Source: Botryllus schlosseri
Taxonomy: Eukaryota
DNA length: 64,000 nt
Direction of reading: 5' to 3'
Assembly (NCBI GenBank): GCA_051294905.1
Contig: CM119372.1
Span: 23,686,001-23,750,000 of the forward strand
The stretch's first letter is position 1, and the number at the start of each line of letters is the position of its first letter. Below the pieces are notes generated by a model, which saw only the letters and a program-made list of their open reading frames with translations, did not search any database and had not been told where the DNA came from. Position numbers and translations under genes: made by a program. This document shows positions 1-12,300 of the stretch, piece by piece.

Positions 1-719
1 CTTGACCCAGCACCAAGTTTAAGGGTAATATTTCATTGAAATATACATATTCCCCCGTGACGCAGAGGGGTCACCACCTTCGTTACGGTAGAGCGCGCTC
101 GATTTCAATTTGGATTTGAATTAGTGGTTCGTCAGGCTTCAGGCAGAGAGTAGGGTACACGATAAAACTTGGCGAAATGGATATATTGAAGCAGTTTCTA
201 CTACCTGATGGCGTAAAGGATCGTAACATCCATGTACTGTAAGGTATGGAAATGCGGTAAATGTTATTGAATATATGTAATGTGAGAATAGTCATAAAAT
301 GAACTCGTTTTGACATTGCAGTAAGGTCGTTTGTTTTAGATGTTTTAGTAGGCTACTGATATCGCTCATTCATATGAATGTTCTTTAGATGTTTTAAAGA
401 ATATGATTCGTCTGATCTTATTGCTGGATGATCGAGCTTCGAATCTGATAATATATCATGCTGCGACCAGGTCCAGTACTACGGTACTGATGGGAAGCTG
501 CTATAGAAGTAACTTTTTTGACATAAGGATAAAGGGATGTTCTCTTTATCCACACTGAAATATCCCTATGTAGGCGATATTGTGGTCCATTGTGGACAAG
601 TACTGCAACGTCAGCAATTGAATGCCGGTATGACAGACATGCAACGGTTTTCATTGTTTTTCAACTGCAACACATTATACACTGTCCTGTTTATTCTAAG
701 TGGTAAGGTGTTAACTAAA

Positions 720-2158
720 GCGATTTTTTTGACATGTCAAAATAAGGTCAAAATTTTGTCAAAATTGTACCGTTAGGTCAAAAATTGCTAAAATTCTTTA
801 CAAAATCAAAATTTTGTTGGCAACTTGCATTTCGTTTGTATCGTAGATGATTGCACTATAGAATGTAAACGTGGAATGGCAGCGACCGATTTTGCAGCTT
901 CATTCCACTTCACTGAAGCTTTACTCAGACTTATTTTACGGCAGCTACTGTAGGATTTATGACAATCCAAAAGTTGTCTTCCAGAGCTCAGAATTTACTG
1001 AATCTGGTCTTGATCGAAAGCTACTGTCGCACGGATTCCGAAAATATCAATCAAAATAGGGTCAGGCTCCGCACTTAGATGACAAATCACCCTCAACATC
1101 TAAAATTTGCATTGTTCAGAACAATCGGATGAACGCACAACAATGACCATAACAATGAACCATTGCGGCTCTTCGATTGTTCGGACAATGCCGATAATTC
1201 AGACTTGAAGGGCGAATTCTAAGCGGTTCAGTGCCTGATCATATTTTCATTTACATTTTCTGAGTCAGTGTGACAGTAGCTTTCGATCAATACCGGATTC
1301 AGGTAATTCTACGCTCTGGAAGACGACTTTTGGATTGCCATAAATCCTACAGTAGCTGCCGTAAAATAAGTCTGAGTAAAGCTTCAGCGAAGCGGAACGA
1401 GGCTGCAAAATCGGTCGCTGCCATTCCACGTTTACATTCTATAATTGCACTGTCGGTGATCTTATCATTTTACAATTTACATCTTGTAGCCCACTTTATA
1501 GTCCCACCGTTGTAGACGGACCATCGTCTGGTCATTGTGAATCATAAATTGTCAAATGAAACAAATACTCAACACAGCCTATTGCACTATCCTAACTGAA
1601 GCAAGACTGCGTGGGCATTGGTTTTTCTATTAGAAACCGTATGATGAAAAATTTTGATGTAGACAACTTTGTCATAATGAGAGAGAGAGTGCAGTGGACG
1701 CACAACTTCAGTGTTGCCGGCCAACAACTGCAGCTGGTGAACGTTCTTTCTTAATTCTTGCCACGCTACTTAGTTAGGACAGACACTTTCTACCCGAAAA
1801 TGTAGGAAAGTATCTTTCGTTGTACTACAACAAATTTTTAATTATTTCTACCATAATACGAGATGTAACTAATACTAGAATTATTCATGAGTCGAGATTT
1901 CGATAAAATAAGTTCTTTTTCATGTAAAAATTTGTCAATTTTCATGCTAAAAGATTTTTTTCAGGTCAAATTACTTCGGAAGAACAGACAGCCCCAGTCA
2001 GAAATTAGGATAAGTTCCGGTAATACAACTCTAACACTATGTGAGAAACACCTAATTTAAGTACATGGGGTCAAAATTAAGTTTTTCATCATCAAAATAT
2101 GTGTGAATTTGAATTTTTTACTCAAAATCTTACCTTTTTAGGTCCAAAAAATCGCCCC
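720..2158. mobile_element. Old dispersed repeat with (G)GCGATTTTT...AAAATCGCCC ends, host of the 857-1443 MITE
   Basis: Left part matches 26455-26777 (inverted); right part 1795-2158 matches about 50443-50795 (inverted). Confidence 0.5.
857..1443. mobile_element. Palindromic MITE with long TIRs
   Basis: TATAGAATGTAAACGTGGAATGGCAGCGACCGATTTTGCAGC... and its reverse complement ending at 1443; flanked by ATTGCAC(T) at 850-856 and 1444-1450. Confidence 0.85.
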
Positions 2159-2290
2159 AATAATAGCACAGCCAAACAAACAATCTTTTCAACAAACCAT
2201 GGATCACAAGGGGTAGTATTTGTTTTGCCCAATCCCCCATTTGACTTTTCTGAGTTTATTGAGATACGGTAACTGAACTAAACTCTATTT

Positions 2291-4305
2291 TGCAGGTAGT
2301 ATGTATTGAACTTGGCACCTTTTTGATATGCATTTGCTGTATGGAATACTGGTAAGCATCACGGTGTTTTGTAAAGTGAACTGGTATATCCTTAGAGAAT
2401 GAATTTGATTATGTTGCAATCGGTTATCTTTGTGATAAAGATTTTTATGAATGTTTGCTGATAAAATTTCACAGAAATTGTTAACAATTCAGGAAGTATA
2501 CTAACTGTGCCAGAGTAAAATTGGTGGTAACGTCATGTGCAACTTTCTATTCCATTAAAGACACCCTTCTGTCACGTACAACATATTGCAGAAAAAAATA
2601 ACTGTATCCAGTATGATATCTGCGTGATTACTGAGCAGTTCATTTGTATTGCGAATTTTCGCAACAAATATTTTCTTTTCGATAGTCTTGGATTGATCCT
2701 CAAATTCGTCCAACTGATGTCTACTCTTTAAAAAGAGCCCCCTGGGTCTACCGTACCTGCGCTATCAGACAATGTTGACAGTGACGTGAGGAGTCGTTCG
2801 TAACGGGTTTTGTGCCAGCACAGTCATCTTATGCGATGCAGACCTTCTCAAGAACCCATGGATACATGTGATTATGTAAGCCTATTTATTCAATTTTTAT
2901 ATCACCATTGATTATGTAATTTGCTGGTTTTTGCAGTCCTACTTTTCTCACGAACTATCTCGCAGAGTAGCTTACGGACTATTCGATATGAGCTGAAAAA
3001 GGCTTCATCTGTGTACACTGTACAGTGTACAGTGAACTGTATACTCTGAACACTGAAAAGGGATGTAGTTGAAAGTAATGAGCTCGTGTAACTTGTACTT
3101 TAACTATTGCTTACTGAACTATAATGGACTAGGTCAGTGGTTCTCAACCTGGGGGGTTGAGCACCTCACCTGCGCTTCTGTAACCTATTACCTGTGTGAA
3201 ATATTTATATTTACTTGTGCATAAAATTTACAATTTTCCTTTGGTATTTATTGTATTTTCTAGGAGCAGCAATTGGATTTGACCAGTACAGAAAAAGAGC
3301 CGCCATGGCATGCCACGAATCAGAGACTCATCAAGCCTGGGTTGCGACCGATGGAAAGAATATGAAAAATGCCCCAAAGTGCAGGTAGTATGTATTGCAA
3401 ATGGCACTTTTTTGAAAAAGATTTGTTGTTTGAAATACTGCTAAGCATCGCCATGTTTCGTAAGTAAACTGGTATATCCTTAGATAATGAATTTGATTCA
3501 GCTGCATTCGGTTATTTTTACGAATGTTTGCTGGTAAAATTTCACTAAAAGGATTAACAATCCAGGAAAGTATGGTACTCGGGCTGGAGTAAAATTGGTG
3601 TTAAGGTCACATGCAACTTTCCATTACAATAATTAATTGTTCTATGAAAGACACCCTTTTGTCACATACAATACATCCAGTCTGATATCTGCGTAAGTAA
3701 ATACTGAATGCTGGTAATGTCTTATTTTGTGATAATATTGTTGATGTACAACGTTCTTTCGAGTTCTCCACTAGTTGCTGACGATTATACTATATAACAA
3801 TATATTATATACTATTCAATTTTATATTGACGTTTTGTACCTCGAAGAAGCTGTTCGAATATTGAATAGTTCCCTTGTATTGCAAATTTTTAAAACAAGT
3901 ATTTTCTTTTCAACAGTCTTAGATTGATCCTCAAATTCATCCAACTGATGTCGACTCTTTTAAAAGAACCCTGGTTTCACCGTGCCTCTGCTAACAGACA
4001 ATGTTGATAGTGACGTGAGCAGTCATCTGAACAGATTTTGTACCGGTGCAGTCATCTTTTGTGATACATACTTTTGCCTCAAGAACCCATGGAAACATGT
4101 GATTATGTAAGTCTATTTATTCATTTCATATATCACCATTGATTATGTAATGTGCCTGTTTTTGCAGTCCCAATTTTCTCAAAAAACTATCTATATATGC
4201 TATATTAGCTGAAGAGAGGCTTGATCTGTGTACATTGAACAGAGGTGTTGTTGAATGTGAAGAGCTGGTGTAACTTGTATTTAAACTACCGCTTACTGAA
4301 CTATA
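2291..4305. repeat. Diverged tandem duplication (2291-3123 and 3380-4305)
   Basis: Both copies start TGCAGGTAGTATGTATTG and end TTACTGAACTATA; the spacer 3180-3370 recurs at about 6826-7025. Confidence 0.85.
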
Positions 4306-4978
4306 CTTGGAACATCAAATGGAGATCATTTCCCATGTCGTGCTAATTCCAATTAATTTTGTTAGTTAAATTTTATCAGGAATGAAGGATTTTAAAAGAT
4401 TGAGAACAGTTACAATTACCGCAATGAAGGAAAAGTATTCAACACCTTCGATAAGATGTCACAAAGTTTTCATACTAAAGACAATCAATGTGTGTGTCCT
4501 TTGTCTGGTATATTTTCTCGTCTCAATTCAAAGCACCTATAAAATCTTGGAATCAAAGTTATATGTAAAGCCTACCGTATGTCAATTATAATAATGGAAA
4601 ACCGAACCCATAGGGATAACAATTCTACTACATTTATTGTCGGATCTTGTTTGCAATCAATTACATTTTCAGCGAAACGAGGTTGATGAAGTCAACTGTC
4701 ATCTCAAAGCCAAATTGAGAGACAAACGAATATAATCCAAGACCCAAGCGCATGTCTTATTGAAACAGGTACCGTAATCTTTCTTTTTTGTGGACCATAC
4801 AAATTTACATAGACCTGCGACGTTCTGCTATAACTGTCATTTTGAGTTACAATTCTGCATTCTCACTGTTGCCTGTGCGTCTGAATGTCAATGTAAATGT
4901 CAAAATGGCCGAATTGAAAAAAAAAACGCAGACCTGATTCAAGATGTTTTTATTAGTCGTTATGCTAATTTTAGTCCT

Positions 4979-6267
4979 TCTTCCTGTTCAACTCTACAAC
5001 AAACGATAGGCCTAGATTGTTCTTAAAGTGAATCAGTTACAGCAATTCAGCTATAGAATTCATATATACCTCATAACTGTATGTTTTGTTGAAGATGATG
5101 ATTTTCATATCACTTGAGACATTGTTAAACTGTTTTATATATTATACATATTGTACAAGCTGCTGTACTCATCTTTGGAATATTCTAGAACTTTGATAGT
5201 CAACCTCGAGTCTTCCAGTAAGAGTGATGATGACTCATTTTGAAAGTGTTCCGGTTTCTGGTGTATCTTGGAGTTGATCATATAATAACTCTTGTATATT
5301 GGTTTCAAAACTGACTCCACCATGTGCAGTGTCTTAGGCCGCTGGCTGTATGAACAGGTCACGGTAATACACTCTGCTATGTCTGTGAATTGAACTGTCA
5401 TTGCCTAGTAAAAGTACAGATTCAGAATTTCATCATGTTCGACTTACAGCAGATTGTGGTTTATCATATGTACAAGTAATTGAAGTAATGTTAACAAAAA
5501 AAAGATCCGAGACTCTTGTTGGTTGCAAGAAGTTGCACAGTGGTGAAACTTTTCTAGGTGGTGATGGTTTTCCTTCTGGTAGACAGATAAAGAGAGTTGT
5601 TTGATCACAACTAAAGTGATCAAAGTTGAACATACCCTCAGTGACTTGTCTTTTAGTTGGGCGTATTCCAGAAGGAAAACCATCAACACCTTGAAAAGTT
5701 TCTCCAATATGCAACTTCTTGCAAGCAACAACAGTCGTGGATCTTTTTTTGTTAACATTACTTCAATAACTTGTACATATGATAAACCACAATCTGCAGT
5801 AAGTCGAGCATGATGAAATTCTGAATCTGTACTTTTACTAGACAATGACAGTTCAATTCACAGACATAGCAGAGTGTATTACCGTGACCTGTTCATACAG
5901 CCAGCGGCCTGAACCACTGCACATGGTGGAGTCAGTTTTGAAACCAATATACAAGAGTTATTATATGATCAACTCCAAGATACACCAAAAACCGGAACAC
6001 TTTCAAAATGAGTTATCATCACTCTTACTGGAAGACTCGAGGTTGACTATCAAAGTTCTAGAATATTCCAAAGATGAGTACAGCAGCTTGTACAATATGT
6101 ATAATATATAAAACAGTTTAACAATGTCTCAAGTGACATGAAAATCATCATCTTCAACAAAACATACAGTTATGAGGTATATGTGAATTATATAGCTGAA
6201 TTGCTGTAACTGATTCACTTTTGAAACAATCCAGGCCTATCGTTTGTTGTAGTGTTGAACAGGAAGA
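4979..6267. repeat. 1.29-kb inverted repeat (hairpin) with ~600-bp arms
   Basis: 4979-5579 pairs with 5668-6267; mirrored near-identical 88-aa ORFs 5135-5401(-) and 5845-6111(+). Confidence 0.95.
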
Positions 6268-9210
6268 TATCCGTTCCACCAAGTTCATGACATAAAGGTT
6301 TGTGATGATGTACTATGATGAAAGTTCAATCATTCTCTCTTCCTCATCATAATTGTGCTACGTTGATATAGAAATTAATTGATAGATCCCGCCGACCATG
6401 ATTTTGTTGTTAAAGCAGCAATGTAACAAATTGTAACATGCAAATTGGCATTGCAAACTTGGTAAAACTAACCAACATTTTTAATGGCGCTATAAAAATC
6501 AATAATTTGCTTATAACTTTTTTTCTGTACATTTTCAAGACAAAGTTCTATGGCAGTGAGATAGAAACATGGTGCTTCCGCAGCTTTTAAGCCCAAAACT
6601 AGCTTTCTAGCATAAGCGGTTATTGAGATATGGCAAAATCAGCTATTTTCGGCTCGTTCGGTGAAATTGCACGGCCACTAGAGGGTGCAAAAACCTAAAA
6701 TTATGATAGAAGTGATTCATTTGAGATTTGGGACCAAATATCAAAGGCACTTTTTGAAATTCAAATTTTTCTTTTTTTCACTCCACCTTATTTTACATGT
6801 ATCCGAACGCCTTTCCTAAGCTTGTGTAACCTGCGTGTGTGAAATCTTTATATTTATTTCTGCATAAAATTTAGAATTTTCATTGACATATTCAAAACTT
6901 TGGAATTTATTCACATTTTCAAGGAGCACAACTTGGAGTCGACCAGTAGAAAAGAAACAAACGCCATGGCACGCCACGAATCAGAGATTGACCGAGCCTG
7001 GATTGCAGCTGATGGCAAGAATATAAAACTGCTTCAGTGAAAATGGAGTATTCAGAAACATTCTTGACGTTTTGAGCTGCTACGCATTGGATTGTCATAC
7101 CCTAAAGGAGTGGTTGTCAAACAGGAGAAAGCATTTGAAGCGACGTGAAGCCGCTGTAAACTAAAATCTTTTTCGCACATGCATGCATGGCAGCTTGTAG
7201 TTATTTCTCTGTGTATGGTCAGAATTTAATATTTGAATATTCTCTCATCAACAACCATTACCGTCACTGCCATCCAACTATCCGTTGGGATTTCTAGCGT
7301 TCTGGTTGCTTTTTTAAATTTTATTATACGACAACAAGGAGTGTGTGAAATGTTTTGCTATCATATGGGAGCGTGTCCAAAAATTTTTAAGAACCACTGC
7401 CCTAATGACTTCCATATTTCATATTTTGCAGCAGACTGGTAAATAACAACAAAATCTTTTCTGTAAATCTGCAAAATTTGTATGGACTCAAAGAAACGAT
7501 TTCTTTGTTATTTAAACAAAAGTGATTGGCATTAAGCTGATATAAATACTACTAATGCAAGCCCTACGATATTTTTAGCAGGCCCAATTTCATTAAGAGT
7601 GAAAAAATACTTATGGTTGTTTATTGTGGTAGTGGTATTGATACTGATACATTCATTGTTTGTTTGTTTACAAGAAAATTAGAAATTTACAAGCCGTAAT
7701 TTGAACAGTTTTAAATAAGTTGTAATGATTTGTGTTGATCATGTTTTCCGCTAACGGGCGTAACCAATGAATTTGATTCCATGCCCCTGTCACGAAAGTT
7801 CAGGATACTAAATGATATTTTTTTATCACTATCCCTAATTCCCTATGCATTCATTTTCATCATTGAGCGATTTGCATGATATTTGTAGTAAGTTTGCTCT
7901 TAAGCATTTGTGATGTTCGTAATTTCATCGACTCTTCCGGGAACGGTTTCAACTGCTGATCTGAATTTATGAAACCCTGTCACAGCAGCTATTGGAAATT
8001 TCAATGTTTGCACGTATTTAATCACCCAGGTTGGGTATTATAAGCGTGATTCATTCATGAATCAATAAAATCTGATTTTACTTTGAGCCCTGCGTTCCGG
8101 TGACTAGTCAACCAGCCATTTTGAGACTGAACACTTTTTAGGTAAACACCTTAAATTTGAACACTTCGCAACACTTCTAGGCGTTCAATTTTTGGATCAC
8201 GTTTCGTGTTCAATTTTCCGGGTTGAGCAACACTTCAGAATTTACAGTGAGGCTATATGCTATTTAAAACTTGAAATTATTTGCAAACCAACAAAAAGTG
8301 GAATATTTTCCGAGCTAATTTATTTAAGAGAAAAACATTCTTCGCACTATGCGCAATTTTGCACCTTTTGTATTTTAATATAGGTACCATCAGAAATTTA
8401 GTTGAAAATGGACTGGGGTACGAGAAATATTATTGAAAGCACAAGGGGTACGGTCGCTAAAAAGGTTAAGAAACACTGCCATTACCATGACTCCATAATG
8501 TTTAGGATGTTGATTGATCAGTTCCAATCGAAGGCAAATCTTGCGCTGATTTAATTCGACTTTGGCAATGACATGAACCATAGCCTACCTTTATCAGGAC
8601 TATACCAGAAACCAGGATTGGGCTACTCTGCTTAAATGCCTTGGTATCAGATCTATCTTTGGGAAATTCTAAAATATTTAATACCTAAAGTTGTGGCACG
8701 TCAAATGTCCGCTAGCTGCAATATTATAACGCGATGGCTTTTACGATGCCATGATGCATTTGTCCTCTCGCATGGTGTCTATGACTATGACTCAATATTT
8801 TGACAAATTATGCCCAGCACAAAAACAATGTTATTCAAATATTTGAAATTGTAATTTTTTTTCGTGCCAAGTGTGAATAGTACAGTAGTAAATTACATTT
8901 ATACGATGTTTGTGGAATGCCAGTCTGCAAGGTCTCGCCAAATAAGGCCTACTTCGAAATTAGGCGTTGGGTACCACTATTATTGATGCTGCGGTCCGCG
9001 GCGTCATCAAAAACTAGGAAATCGGCCAGCGAGCTCTCTTGAATATGAGACCCCTGATTTACGCGTAACTTAGGACTTATGGTCTTAGACTTATCTCCCT
9101 ATAATTTTAGATTTTAATTTTAATAAAGCATTATCCATCGTTACGTGCCGAGTAATATTTCATATGCTGGAATTCATGCTCAGTATCGTACAGGCCCATT
9201 TGGTTCTTAC

Positions 9211-9336
9211 CCGACACTGCTCTTGAAAATGTCTTCATAGCGCGGTATCACAGAAATGACTGCGAGCATAATTGAAATCGCCCACGTCGTCAGAATTGCT
9301 ATAATCGTACCACCAATGTTAGGGGTAGCGAATGGC
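9211..9336 (-). CDS. Exon: ICL2-TM4
   Basis: tgacag|GCCATTC...TGTCGG|gtaag; (R)PFATPNIGGTIIAILTTWAISIMLAVISVIP, with the TM4 Trp. Confidence 0.88.
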
Positions 9337-12300
9337 CTGTCACAAAGGGCAACTCTGTTGGCTACAAACAATGTTGTAGTCTGAATATCAGAAGTAAAAT
9401 GTTTTAACCCCCTGCTCTCGACATGCCTAATACAATTCAAGCGCAATAGATGGTACTATGTTTTTACTGGACGCCCACCTCGCTATTGAACGCAGTCTAT
9501 AAAATGCGATCAAAACCATCGTGAAAACCGATTGCTCCGATCCAATGAGCAATATAACTCCTAACATAGAGCACGCGGTGCTACTCCGCCATTGTCGATC
9601 CACCATGCAGTACCTGCCATCCACTTCAGACGTCTTTAAACATATTGCTAATGCGTAAATCTAGAAATTTATAGTTGATAAATTGTTGAAAATTCCTGAT
9701 TTTACGTACATCACTTACGCCGACAAGAAAATCGGACACCGCCAAGCTCATTATCAAAATGTTGAAGAGTTTGTTGTGATCAGACGCCGTTTTCTTTCTT
9801 CCCGGTCCTTCACGTCGTCTTATGCAACGAAAAGTCAGTATTACCACTGTGGTGCATCCACTGATTGCAGCGATACCTATACGACATCAAAGTTGCATAA
9901 GGGAAATATAAAACACGCACGAAGATATCTTGGATGGATTTAGAATACGCATAAATGCTCAATTCGCGAAACTCACTGATTATCCAGACGATGACGAGAA
10001 TTGTTTTGCTTGTAATCAATTTTTCTTCGTCGGAAAAAGCGCTCTCAATGCAGCCGAGCTGGCATTCGTCAGAACCAGATTGACAATCCTGAACTCCATC
10101 GCACACCTAAACCAGAAAGGAAGGACATATTTATTTTTAAGCCAAGCCAAATGGTACTGCTGTTGATTCGTGCGATGTACCATCAATAAAGTGTATCATA
10201 TTTCGTCCGATTGTTTCGTGAAGTCGACAAATCAGCAATCTATAGGGCTGGGCACAATGATTCGAGTACTCGAATCTGAATCGAGTCATTGTTTTAATGA
10301 TTCGATTCGAGTAGCAAAGACGATTTTTCCGAGTACTGAAATTATACATTTCTCGCTACTGAAAGTTATTTTATCGACGAGAATTATGGTTTTGAGTGCA
10401 ATGAAAGTGGTAGGGTCGAAGAAATACCAAAGTATCTTTGATGTGATGGATAACAGGCATTATATTCTTTGCGGTGGCACAAAACGTACGTATTTGAATT
10501 TAGACACATTACAATTCGTTGTGACGTCATAATGAGTGATACTCGAATAATCGACTCGACTCGAAGCATAATACGTGATTCAGAATCGAATCACTCAGGT
10601 ACTCAATTTTGCACAGGCCAAGAGTCATCTACTACCATTTGTCTCCGTATGTCAGAAGAGGTGCTAATTCCTTTCAAGTCAGTTAACTCGCACCTTACAT
10701 TCAAAATGAAATATTCGACACAAAGACGATAACTTAGTGAATGAATTTTCAATTTTTAGACAAATCATTGGGAGTTGGGCTTGGGGGCCTTATTTTCTGC
10801 AGCGAAGGCCTTCCTAGTAGGGATTGTACGAACCAAAAGGTTGTGGCTCGCGTGAACACGAACGTTTAGGTTCGTTGTGAGCACGAAGGCGGTGAAGTAG
10901 CCAAGTAATTGTTTCATTTACAGCCGGAATAGTGTGATGGTTCAGGCATAGCCTAGTTCTCGATTATTAAAGGGGAACGGCGCTCTAAATGTGATGTAGG
11001 GGAGATGAGGTACCGATGGATCACTGGGACCCAAAATACCTGAAAAATTCTCTATTTTAATTCTATAATTGCACTCCGTGAATTTGTCTACTATTGCATG
11101 CTAGCTGAATCTTTCCTCACATACAAAAAATTTCCACGTGCGCGAGTTATTGGATCTCTGACAGATGTTTTTTGTTTTTTGGGGTGTAAAATAAATTTGG
11201 ATCGACGTATACATTTTTCTTTGTAACCTTCAACAAGAACAAACCAGCAATCATTTTTAGTGTGATATGTAGGGTTTGTATCAGGCTATATAATGACACA
11301 TATTCTTTCATTCAATACCTTCCTTGAGTGGAATTTTTTTTCGATTTATTTATAAAACTCAGAGGGTGGGGACGGACGATACAATAGCCAAAATCGAGCA
11401 AAATAGTTGCACTAACTAATCATGCAACAACTGAAACATGCTTACATACAGAAACTCTTTATGTAATAATTGCTTGTGATGTTCTATCGCTATAACGAGG
11501 TATCTGGAAGTCCAAATGTCGTTCAACGAGCAATATGTATGTAACCTCAAAGTTATAAGTTCCTGCATATATCGAAACGTTATTTTATGGCAACAGTTCA
11601 GTTAATACTAATTATATTTTTTGACGGTGGCGACCATGCATTCTTCTTTGGCATGCTGTAGGTCAGATTATATTACACAGCAAGAAAGGATGTAATATCT
11701 GACTTTTTGAGAGTTTGTTTCATAGGTCCCAGGGTCGTGTGCCTCGGACGCACCGGGTGGGGACCGATGATACGTTCGAGCAACAAATTTTAAACGTTCA
11801 TAATTTTTTTTTTTAAATACCGATATTCATTTATATATGCACGATAGGTAGAGCTTGTATCAAAGTGTTGAGCCAGCAGAAGATCTGCTGTTATCGGCTG
11901 AACATTTTGGGGCCAGAGGTCATTTTCCAATTTTTGATCCGTCGGTACCACATCTCCCCTACTATCAAATCATAGTTGGAGGTGTGAAAACATTTTGGCA
12001 GTAACCATTTTACTCAGAAAGACACCGTTTTCGAACTGCAGCTGAAAATTTTTCACTATTTCACTCTACATATCTCTATGGTATTGTGGTAACTCGTCAT
12101 CACTGCTTAACTCGGTGCGAAATTATAGAACGCATTTCTTTACTACTGTATTTTAGCGACGCGATCAAGCCAGAGCAAGAACGGTGTCTTACGAAACACG
12201 GTGGTTTAGGTACGGCAAGTAGGCGTACGGTGTTGGCGACCAACGGATGACGTTGGGCCAGGTATATTAGCTAGTGAAACTTGTTGCCGGTACCAGTACA

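Noticed and set aside
5135..6111. Two divergent 88-aa genes
   Set aside because: Mirror images created by the palindrome; the more protein-like relic is on the opposite strand.
8589..8668. Next GPCR exon
   Set aside because: Splice sites are plausible, but the required phase hits a stop and the open frame has no ECL2/TM5 features.
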